DNA from: a virus
Strand: one strand, 5' to 3'
Virus record (IMG/VR): IMGVR_UViG_3300010413_002950
Coordinates: 1 to 64,000 of that record
Length of the DNA: 64,000 bases
Below the pieces are notes generated by a model. That model was not told the DNA's origin. It saw only the letters and a list, made by a program, of their open reading frames with translations, and did not search any database. Each line of letters opens with the position of its first letter. Position 1 is the stretch's first letter. A program made the position numbers and the translations under genes. Below are positions 37,418 to 45,301 of the stretch, in pieces.

Positions 37418-39752
37418 AATTATCCAGTATTTCTATATCGAATTCTTTCTCAGATCGATAAACTGATAGTCTATCTCTAGAGTGCTGAGCAAAATATTTA
37501 TGTGTCATATCTGCAAAATCAACAAACACTGCATCTTTTTTACCTTTACAAAGTGTAAGACATCGTAGCCTCTGGTACGTGGTTTTTATGTTTTTGCCAC
37601 CTTCTGCGTTGATCACACAATCAATTTCTGGGATATCTACGCCCTCAGATAAAACAGTGCCGATAAGCGCAGAGATATGGCCTTTTCTAAAGCTCTCTAT
37701 AATCTCTGCTCTTTTAGGTGCTGGGGTAGCTCCAACAATTCGCTCACAGGAAATAGACGAATTCATCATTTTAAAAAGCGTATCTACTTGCTCCAACCTA
37801 TTGGATACAATTACCACTTTTCTATTTTCAGTCTTGATTAACTTTTCCGTTATATCTGCAATTATCCTATTGCGAATTGGATTGCCCCAGATAGCAGCTT
37901 TAGGCAATTGCTGACTCCACCATTCATCAGATAGATCTGGCTCTCTAATTGGTATGATTAGAAATTTAGGCTTTACAAGATACCCGAGCTGAATTAGCTC
38001 GCTAACTGAAATATCTATAAGGATATCCCCAGCGCAAGCTCTAAGCCAAATAACCCCCAATTCTTCTTCATTAGAATTTTCCAGAAATACTGTAGCAGAA
38101 AGGCCGATTTTGTAAGGAGCTGGACAGTCAAGAAGGATATTTCTCCATGCATCTCCAGAACTAAAATGATGGCAATTATGAACCAGTATTTTATTTGCAA
38201 AATATGTATGTGTGTTTTCTACTTCTAAATTATAGACATAACCGTCTGGACACAATTGTTTAAATTTGTCAGAACTTCTTGATTTGAGAATCTCAACACT
38301 TTCCACCCTTGACCAATTAAGAAATTGTCTTTCCTTCGATCCGCAGCTTTTACCCTTAAAGTATTGTGACTTGAACCGTCTACCTCTATCGCAATTTTTA
38401 ATATTGGGTTCGCAATGTCTATCTTGTAATGACTCGGTAATCCACCCTTTACACCACATTTCGTTGGAAGAATAAATTCCATTTCCCACCCAAGTGTTGT
38501 TGCCAATAGTAGTTGGGGCAGCGTTGGCCCTCTCCCATTTCCACCTTGAATTGGCGGCTTCCATCCATTTATTCTGTGTATTGTAGAAACCTTTGCTCGT
38601 ATTTCTGGTCTTTTCATTGGATTGTTTTTTTTCATTCTTTCTGATGCATATTTCTTGTTTGTTTTTGCCATTGTTTCTGAAGAACGTTTGCTTCGATATG
38701 CTTTTGAACATTCTTTTGAACAATAGGCGTGACCATATCTTCTTAATTGATCTAATTTGCATCCACTTACAAATATTTCTTTTTTGCACCAAAAACAATT
38801 TGTTTTTATTTCTTTTTTCATATGTGGTGTATAGCACCATATCACTGGTTGTCAAATCAATAGCGTTTTTCCAACCTGTTTGTGTAAAAATTGGATGTGT
38901 TGGTGTACAGGTTAGAACTTTATTATCTGTTTTGATTATTACCAATTGTTTGCATTTATTGCGAAAGATGTTGATTACCTTTTGTTTTTCTATTTTTTTT
39001 GTGTTTTCATTATAAGATGTTACATATTCACCAACCTTAATTGATTCTATTGGCCTTTCATCAATTATTGTTCCAGCTGGAAAACATTCATCAACAAGCA
39101 TAAGATCAACATTGTTTATAACATTGTGATATTCTGGCGTATTGCGTTTTGCTAATAGCGTCTGAGCTGTAGAAACGGTTATATCAGATGGTTCCCATAC
39201 TCCATCACCCAATATACCTATTTCTATTTCTAGGGCCTTAGACAATGCTTTCTGGCTTTGGTAGAGTAGCAATTGAGAAGGTACGATGAATAGCGTTCTA
39301 ACCCCTAGCTTTGCAACAATGGCAGAAGCAACCAACGTCTTCCCCCCTCTGGGCGGGATCTTGATAATTCCCCTACCAACAGACTTGCTATACCCATACG
39401 GCTCAGTAGCTAATTCTAGAGCTTCTTGCTGATAAGGCCGTAAGCCAGTAACTTGCTTCAATTCTAGTGTACGTTTAGGATAAACTCGTAGATCCGTCAA
39501 TTGCCATTCAGCTCCATTTTTTTCTATTATGCTAATAATGTTTTCAGCTAATCCAGCTGGAGATTTGAATAGTTTTTCAGATTTGCTATAGGTAATGAGA
39601 TACTTCTTTCCATCCCATCTACCTTCTTGATAAGCTGTTGTATGCTGATAGCCACTTACATAATAGCTGGTTTTTTCTCGCATTTGCCCAAATATAGGAC
39701 CAGGAACATTTCGGATATAAACATAATTGTTGTCTAGCGTTATAGATATCAT
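37410..39752 (-). CDS. SF2 (UvsW/XPB-like) helicase containing an intein
   Basis: LRPYQ, PRGGKT, DE|intein|CHH, SAT, SEGVDIP, QR..R. Confidence 0.92.
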   Translation of the reverse strand: MISITLDNNYVYIRNVPGPIFGQMREKTSYYVSGYQHTTAYQEGRWDGKKYLITYSKSEKLFKSPAGLAENIISIIEKNGAEWQLTDLRVYPKRTLELKQVTGLRPYQQEALELATEPYGYSKSVGRGIIKIPPRGGKTLVASAIVAKLGVRTLFIVPSQLLLYQSQKALSKALEIEIGILGDGVWEPSDITVSTAQTLLAKRNTPEYHNVINNVDLMLVDECFPAGTIIDERPIESIKVGEYVTSYNENTKKIEKQKVINIFRNKCKQLVIIKTDNKVLTCTPTHPIFTQTGWKNAIDLTTSDMVLYTTYEKRNKNKLFLVQKRNICKWMQIRSIKKIWSRLLFKRMFKSISKQTFFRNNGKNKQEICIRKNEKKQSNEKTRNTSKGFYNTQNKWMEAANSRWKWERANAAPTTIGNNTWVGNGIYSSNEMWCKGWITESLQDRHCEPNIKNCDRGRRFKSQYFKGKSCGSKERQFLNWSRVESVEILKSRSSDKFKQLCPDGYVYNLEVENTHTYFANKILVHNCHHFSSGDAWRNILLDCPAPYKIGLSATVFLENSNEEELGVIWLRACAGDILIDISVSELIQLGYLVKPKFLIIPIREPDLSDEWWSQQLPKAAIWGNPIRNRIIADITEKLIKTENRKVVIVSNRLEQVDTLFKMMNSSISCERIVGATPAPKRAEIIESFRKGHISALIGTVLSEGVDIPEIDCVINAEGGKNIKTTYQRLRCLTLCKGKKDAVFVDFADMTHKYFAQHSRDRLSVYRSEKEFDIEILDNYA
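38175..39086 (-). mobile_element. class 1 intein (304 aa) in helicase motif II
   Basis: CFPAGT block A, TPTH block B, VYNLEV..HTYFAN block F, VHN|C block G; excision restores DECHH. Confidence 0.95.
38225..38821 (-). CDS. Vsr/DUF559-like (EDxHD) endonuclease nested out of frame in the intein
   Basis: CFWC..YCSKEC zinc finger, NNPMKRPEIRAKVS motif, YKIDIA..IAIEVDGSSH..D..KD.FL..GWKVLRF; alternative GTG start at 38845. Confidence 0.88.
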   Translation of the reverse strand: MKKEIKTNCFWCKKEIFVSGCKLDQLRRYGHAYCSKECSKAYRSKRSSETMAKTNKKYASERMKKNNPMKRPEIRAKVSTIHRINGWKPPIQGGNGRGPTLPQLLLATTLGWEMEFILPTKCGVKGGLPSHYKIDIANPILKIAIEVDGSSHNTLRVKAADRRKDNFLIGQGWKVLRFSNQEVLTNLNNCVQTVMSII

Positions 39753-39757
39753 GCCAT

Positions 39758-39786
39758 ATAATAAAGCAATTAATATACAATATCAA
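39758..39786 (-). promoter_or_regulatory. sigma70-like promoter for the replication operon
   Basis: TTGATA-17 bp-TATTAT, 5 nt upstream of the helicase ATG, in the module-boundary gap. Confidence 0.55.
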
Positions 39787-39809
39787 CTACTATTTCTAGT
39801 ATAATAGAT

Positions 39810-39823
39810 TTGTAAATTTACAA
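39810..39823. promoter_or_regulatory. perfect 14-bp palindrome (operator candidate)
   Basis: TTGTAAATTTACAA upstream of the promoter. Confidence 0.35.
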
Positions 39824-39833
39824 TTATATGAAA

Positions 39834-40289
39834 TTAGTTAGCGCAGTTGATTGTTGCGCAAAGCTCTTTTTTATCTCTAAGTCGATTCTTATTTATTCGT
39901 CTGATACGGTCACGGGCTAAATCTTTTTTACGTTCACACCCCTTATCCCATTTCTTACATTCTATTTCTTCTACAAGCCTTCTAGCTTCTCTAGATGCTA
40001 TATCTTCATGCTGTCTCTCTTGAACGTCTTGAACAACGATTAATACTTTGCCTATGGTTTCTGTGTTGTTATCAACGTTTTTTGAAAGAGATTCATATTT
40101 AGTATCAGATTCTTTTTGAGCTTTTGAGATCATTTCTTCAGCTTCAGCATAAGAGACTAGCCTAAAGCCAGCATAGCCACCAGTTCCACCAATTAGAATC
40201 ATAAGAAATGTGATTACTACTTTCCAATTCGTTGTTACATGATTTCCGTTTAGCTCAAATATTTTTATTGTCGGTGGAATACTTGCCAT
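39834..40289 (-). CDS. single-TM coiled-coil protein, probable lysis accessory (holin/spanin-like)
   Basis: one N-proximal TM, coiled coil, four Cys; directly after endolysin. Confidence 0.5.
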   Translation of the reverse strand: MASIPPTIKIFELNGNHVTTNWKVVITFLMILIGGTGGYAGFRLVSYAEAEEMISKAQKESDTKYESLSKNVDNNTETIGKVLIVVQDVQERQHEDIASREARRLVEEIECKKWDKGCERKKDLARDRIRRINKNRLRDKKELCATINCAN

Positions 40290-40291
40290 AG

Positions 40292-40963
40292 TTACCTCTC
40301 ATAATATTCAAAATGCATTGGATCTTTAGTTTTCCATCTTCCTCCCCAGCTAAATCCATGTTTCTCAAAAGCGTTGATAATATCTGGATGCATATTGCCA
40401 TTTGTGCCATATCTATTTTGAGACCAGTTGATATCACAAGCTATACCCCAAGAATGAAGTGATAGTGGTCTATGAATGTTGTGTGACATATGCCTTGGAG
40501 ACCATGTTCCAAATTGATAAATCTTGTTGGCTAATCCGTGTTCTTCTATTAGGTTAAGAGCATCTGTAAAAGCATTAATCAATTTCTTATGTATCCATTT
40601 CTTTCGCACTATTGGTAAATCAATTTTTACTATATTGTCTTTTGCCCAATCATTGGTAATTTTAATATTACCATTGGTTAAATCTCTATATTCTATCTTG
40701 CCAAATGTCTTAATTACATCTTGTGAGCTTTTAGGTATCGGCGTATCTATAGCTATTTTGTCATGTTCGTTTTGAATGACTATGTAGGTAATATTGTTTA
40801 TACAACCTGTTACTAAATGGTCTTCTTGGAAATGGACTATAGCTTTTTGGGTTATAGGCCCGAAATCTCCATCTACCTTTCCCCCATAATAGCCAAGTCT
40901 TTTTAGTTTTAGCTGAATTTCTTCAACTTCTTTGCCTTTATCGCCTATAGATAAAATTTTCAT
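40292..40963 (-). CDS. endolysin: peptidoglycan-binding domain plus M15 peptidase
   Basis: GDKGKEVEEIQ..VDGDFGP.T..A...FQ; SLHSWGIACDIN; WGGRW..DPMHFE. Confidence 0.92.
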   Translation of the reverse strand: MKILSIGDKGKEVEEIQLKLKRLGYYGGKVDGDFGPITQKAIVHFQEDHLVTGCINNITYIVIQNEHDKIAIDTPIPKSSQDVIKTFGKIEYRDLTNGNIKITNDWAKDNIVKIDLPIVRKKWIHKKLINAFTDALNLIEEHGLANKIYQFGTWSPRHMSHNIHRPLSLHSWGIACDINWSQNRYGTNGNMHPDIINAFEKHGFSWGGRWKTKDPMHFEYYER

Positions 40964-40967
40964 AGTC

Positions 40968-42848
40968 TTATTTTTTAGTTCTAATAGAACTCCACATGGC
41001 ACCTTCATTATAGTCTTGTGGAAATCCAACTGCAACCCATTTACTATGCTCATATGTTATACCATAAGCATGTATACGATATGAATTTGCTGCAACTGCA
41101 TTGTCTATACCGGTTATATCATGCCATGTTAATGCATTATCCGTTGAATATATTAATTTTCCCTGTGTTGAATTTATAACTGTTGCAATTAACACCCCGT
41201 TGTTGTTGCTTGCAACCCTATATATATCCATACTTGAGCCACCAATGTTTACCAATGACCAACTAATTCCATCTGACGAATATTGAATATCGCCATTGTC
41301 TCCAACGGCAACAAACACTGAACCATTCCAGCAAACACCCAAAACACGATTTGATGAAGCTGATGTTCTGCTTGTCCAAGTTATACCATCAGGACTAGTA
41401 ACAATTAATGGAGATGTTCCATTATATCCAACTGCGACAAATAACCCATTACCATAACATATATCTATAAGATCTCCCGTTATAGCTGCAGAACTACCGC
41501 GATTTGTCCATGTTGTAACAGAAGAGCTGGTAAATATTACTGCATAACCAGAAGCATCATTGGTTCCAACCGCAACAAATACTGAACCATTTGAAGCAAT
41601 ACCCACAAGAGACGGTGTTCCAGACGGTGCATTACACGTTCTTAACGTCCAAGTTCCACCAGGACCATTTGTATCTGTATAATTACAGGTTACAACTGTC
41701 ATGGCAGTTCCAGTTCTATATTGTCCAACTGCAACCCATTTACCACTATCTATATTTTTATCAAAAGTTACAGCATATAGATCATATACGCCACTTCCAG
41801 AGGCTATTTCCTGCCAGTATTTACCCTCTCTACTTATCCATAATTCTGCATCACCAGTCGGATAGTCACCAACAGCCACAAACCATTCATAATCACCTTC
41901 GGCATTATATTGAAAACCGCCACAAACAGCTTCTATAAGAGCTGCTTTGCCTGTTTCAAAAGGCCACCAATTATGTATTGCCATTACATCAAATTTTTGA
42001 TCGCTTATATATCCCTCTAATAAATCTGACAAGCTATATGATGCTAATCGCTGATCATCAACAGACGTACCGGGAATTGTTGGTGGATCGCCCACACCAG
42101 CTCCAGTAAGTGTGCCTATGTACCAGTAATCATCTAATGGCTCAAAATCAACATTGGCAACCCTAGCTACAGATGGACCAAGCATTAATACAGTATAATC
42201 TGCAGCTGTAGTGCTAACTGTAGCTTGCCCCATTACTCCAGAAGTGCTTGTGTCTATTAGGTTGTTACCACCAGAATAATAGACTGTGCAAATTTCCATA
42301 GCCAAAGCTTCAGATGTAGCACCTAAAGCTGGGGTGTTTTTCCAAACAAGACATTTTCTTCCAGCATGACTTTCAGAGCTATCTGGACATACAGAATTAA
42401 CATTAAATGTGATATATGTAGTATTATCTACAACGGATGTAGGATCAGCTGATTCACCATAAAATTCAACCCATCTATCAAATTCTGGATAACCAGTTCT
42501 TGGGTTAGTCACTATTCCTTCTGGCTTTATAGCATATTTTAGAGCAACATTATACAAGATAGTATTTGAATTTTCAAATTGGACATTAGCACAATAGGTA
42601 CTATCTGTAATAAGCAAGTGTCCAGATCCATCTGTGCCTTTTTTATCGGCAGTAAGATCAAATTCATCGTTGCCAGAAGCGCTAATTATTACTTTAGAAG
42701 TTGGATCTATTGTTGCATCTTTATTGTATACCGCTGCAATAAATTCTTGCATATTGTTATTTAGATAATCTAGAAAATAATCTTTAAATGAAGATGATCC
42801 TAATAGCCGCGTAGGTAATATGTTTATATACTTATCGTCGGTAGCCAT
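40968..42848 (-). CDS. tail fibre/receptor-binding protein with C-terminal beta-propeller repeats
   Basis: repeated FVAVG...SxDGxxW units; position after baseplate genes. Confidence 0.75.
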   Translation of the reverse strand: MATDDKYINILPTRLLGSSSFKDYFLDYLNNNMQEFIAAVYNKDATIDPTSKVIISASGNDEFDLTADKKGTDGSGHLLITDSTYCANVQFENSNTILYNVALKYAIKPEGIVTNPRTGYPEFDRWVEFYGESADPTSVVDNTTYITFNVNSVCPDSSESHAGRKCLVWKNTPALGATSEALAMEICTVYYSGGNNLIDTSTSGVMGQATVSTTAADYTVLMLGPSVARVANVDFEPLDDYWYIGTLTGAGVGDPPTIPGTSVDDQRLASYSLSDLLEGYISDQKFDVMAIHNWWPFETGKAALIEAVCGGFQYNAEGDYEWFVAVGDYPTGDAELWISREGKYWQEIASGSGVYDLYAVTFDKNIDSGKWVAVGQYRTGTAMTVVTCNYTDTNGPGGTWTLRTCNAPSGTPSLVGIASNGSVFVAVGTNDASGYAVIFTSSSVTTWTNRGSSAAITGDLIDICYGNGLFVAVGYNGTSPLIVTSPDGITWTSRTSASSNRVLGVCWNGSVFVAVGDNGDIQYSSDGISWSLVNIGGSSMDIYRVASNNNGVLIATVINSTQGKLIYSTDNALTWHDITGIDNAVAANSYRIHAYGITYEHSKWVAVGFPQDYNEGAMWSSIRTKK

Positions 42849-42860
42849 AGCAACCTCTTT

Positions 42861-43223
42861 CTAGTACTGTTTTGGCAATTTCTTTACAGACAAACTCATA
42901 TACAGTGCTGTAGGAGGTGTAGCCGATGTAAAATCAAACTTAATTTTATAATACTTGTTTGGAGTATCTAGCTCTTGCTCCCCAGTTGCTGCAGTTCCAG
43001 CTGGATTAGTATCAAAGGTAGCAGCTGTTTCCCACCAGCCAATTGGATCGCCAGCTGGATCTTCATCGTTTGTAGTCCAAACTTCAAAATCTCCAGTTAG
43101 ATTATCTAACCAATTATAGATTACACTAATGCTATTTACCGTTCTACAATCTATAACGGGGCTTTCAAGATCGCCAGTTGGATTTTTTAGTTCAAAAAGA
43201 TAGCCATTTGTTATTCCGTACAT
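42861..43223 (-). CDS. stand-alone virion anchor-domain protein (paralogue of N-terminus of 43793..45292)
   Basis: shared MYG.T.GY.F, GDFEVW, TFDTNPAGT, PNKYY.IKFD, LYMSL. Confidence 0.75.
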   Translation of the reverse strand: MYGITNGYLFELKNPTGDLESPVIDCRTVNSISVIYNWLDNLTGDFEVWTTNDEDPAGDPIGWWETAATFDTNPAGTAATGEQELDTPNKYYKIKFDFTSATPPTALYMSLSVKKLPKQY

Positions 43224-43253
43224 TTTTTGCTCCCTATTTCTAAAATTTAATTT

Positions 43254-43793
43254 TTATTTCGTAATCTCCACGACTGATACAGTTGGATTTTTGGATATCA
43301 CATTAGGCATGTCAACCCCGCCTATCGTGCCCTCTATTGACGGCTCGGCGCTCGTTACGGTTAGGTCACCTAGTACCCATGGTGTTGCTACAGACGGCAA
43401 CTTTGCCGGTACAGTGCCCACAGCAAAAGTGTATACCAGATCGGTAAACGGTTTTGGTTGGCCTGATGTCGGATCTAGTCGAGTCCCAGATAGCCGATAC
43501 GTGAGACACGCTGTTCCAAGATCCGATAGCTTTACCCCTGCATTAGTTGGATCAAGTTCTGCCAGCTTCGCGTCTTCAGAGCATACTAGATATCGGCCGT
43601 CAGCAAGCTGTTTGCAAAATGCCACCACTTGATTCGGGCCTCGCATCCATTTGGTGTTTACGCCGGGCACAAAGTCTCCGTATGCTGTGATATAACCATC
43701 TGCTTTCTCAACATCTAACGCGCCGGGTATCACAGGCACAGTCTGCCCAGCCTGATTTGATGTTTCCGGTAGTGTGAGTATCTTGTAGTTCAT
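43254..43793 (-). CDS. hypothetical protein of the GC-rich fibre cassette
   Basis: TGATG coupling to upstream fibre gene; elevated GC. Confidence 0.65.
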   Translation of the reverse strand: MNYKILTLPETSNQAGQTVPVIPGALDVEKADGYITAYGDFVPGVNTKWMRGPNQVVAFCKQLADGRYLVCSEDAKLAELDPTNAGVKLSDLGTACLTYRLSGTRLDPTSGQPKPFTDLVYTFAVGTVPAKLPSVATPWVLGDLTVTSAEPSIEGTIGGVDMPNVISKNPTVSVVEITK

Positions 43794-45292
43794 CAGTACG
43801 GCTCGCTTCCCAATCCTCCCCATTGCTGAGTATTGGATTCTGTTTGCAAATGATATACATTGCCGGCGCTAGTTGACCATGCTGTCCCTGTGGTTGTTCC
43901 ATTACCCGTTGTAAAACCAGACAGTATCACCTGGCCTGCCGATGGCTTTAATTGCACAGTAACCTTTTGTCCTCGTGATGCCGTAACAGCACCGGTGGTT
44001 ACCAGATTGGATACACCGGTTTCATCGTCAACATATATCTTACCATCACTTGCCTTAAGATACACATGGATATTAGGGCTTGCGCCAGATTCATCAAACT
44101 CGATTATTGTCCCGTCACCTCCACTCATCCCAGCTGCAATAGCGCGATTGCATATTAGATCTATTTTGATATCCCTTCGCAATGCACTTGGAACATCAGC
44201 AGATGCCCAGTATAGTTGATCGGCATTACGGGTAACAGATGATGACGATGGAGTGTGAATCGGAGATGATGGATATGTGCCAATTTCCAGCTGTGGATTC
44301 CATACATACAACCCTGATGTACCGTTCCCTTGATACGATAATGTGTTATCCGCGCTGCACATGTAAAGCCCAAAAGTCGTGGTTGCTGCCGCATTGGACG
44401 CCTTAGAGTGATAGATCCTATACCAACCATTACCTGCTGACTCTATACCATACGCCAAAGGAGTTCCTGATACAGTGCCTACAGCTCCCGTGGATGTATT
44501 AAAATTGGTTATAACATTAACTCCGAATCCTTCAGAGGTATACACAAGAGCCATCCAAATTCGTTCTTTTGGTTTTATGTATGCGCTAAAACAATACCGC
44601 GAACTACCATCTGGAGTGTATGCATGAGTTATACGGTGGTTGCCATTGTTTCCGTTTTCAATTATAGTGTCCGCCGTTACTGTCCCATCTGGAGCCATGA
44701 TACTATTTACCCCAAACGAACCAATACCCACTTGGGATTTTTGATCCGTTTGCTGTGAGTACGTCCAGTAGTTTGTTCTTGAGATCTCGATCTGAGCGAA
44801 CAATCTCCCACTAATACGCCGTGTAGCCAACACGCCACCGGCGAATGCTTCAATACTCGGCCATTTGTTATTATACCCAAGATAGCGCGGGGACGTGTTC
44901 GTGAAGCTTGCGTCGGCAAAGCGGACTATCGGCTTAGAGATAAGCGATCTATCAAATCTTGTTGCTAAACTCATATATAAATTACCAGCTGTTGCAACAG
45001 TATGATCAAACTTAATCATATAGTATTTATTTGGCGAATCTATTTCCTGCTCTGCTATACCTGGAGTACCAGCTGGATTTGTATCAAAAGTGATATTAGT
45101 TTCAAAAAAGCCAATTCCCATTCCTCCAAAATCATCATTACTTGCCCAAACTTCAAAATCCCCAGCTAAATTGCCAGTCCACTTATAAACTACGCTAATT
45201 TTGTTAGCTCTGGTAGCATCAATAATAACACTTTCACGATCTCCACTTACGTTTTTTTCGTTGAAGATATAGCCGTCTGTTTGTCCGTACAT
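43793..45292 (-). CDS. fibre/spike protein (anchor domain plus carbohydrate-binding-like beta domain)
   Basis: GNGWYR, W.PQLE.G..SSPI.T....VTRNAD motifs typical of phage fibre domains. Confidence 0.7.
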   Translation of the reverse strand: MYGQTDGYIFNEKNVSGDRESVIIDATRANKISVVYKWTGNLAGDFEVWASNDDFGGMGIGFFETNITFDTNPAGTPGIAEQEIDSPNKYYMIKFDHTVATAGNLYMSLATRFDRSLISKPIVRFADASFTNTSPRYLGYNNKWPSIEAFAGGVLATRRISGRLFAQIEISRTNYWTYSQQTDQKSQVGIGSFGVNSIMAPDGTVTADTIIENGNNGNHRITHAYTPDGSSRYCFSAYIKPKERIWMALVYTSEGFGVNVITNFNTSTGAVGTVSGTPLAYGIESAGNGWYRIYHSKASNAAATTTFGLYMCSADNTLSYQGNGTSGLYVWNPQLEIGTYPSSPIHTPSSSSVTRNADQLYWASADVPSALRRDIKIDLICNRAIAAGMSGGDGTIIEFDESGASPNIHVYLKASDGKIYVDDETGVSNLVTTGAVTASRGQKVTVQLKPSAGQVILSGFTTGNGTTTGTAWSTSAGNVYHLQTESNTQQWGGLGSEPY

Positions 45293-45301
45293 TTTTCTCT
45301 C

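Noticed and set aside
38593-39015. Plus-strand 140-aa ORF over the intein (possible third coding frame)
   Set aside because: Phe/Leu-rich mirror of A-rich codons; no motif or SD.
40255-40437. Embedded o-spanin in the lysis cassette
   Set aside because: The overlapping 60-aa ORF has no signal peptide or lipobox.
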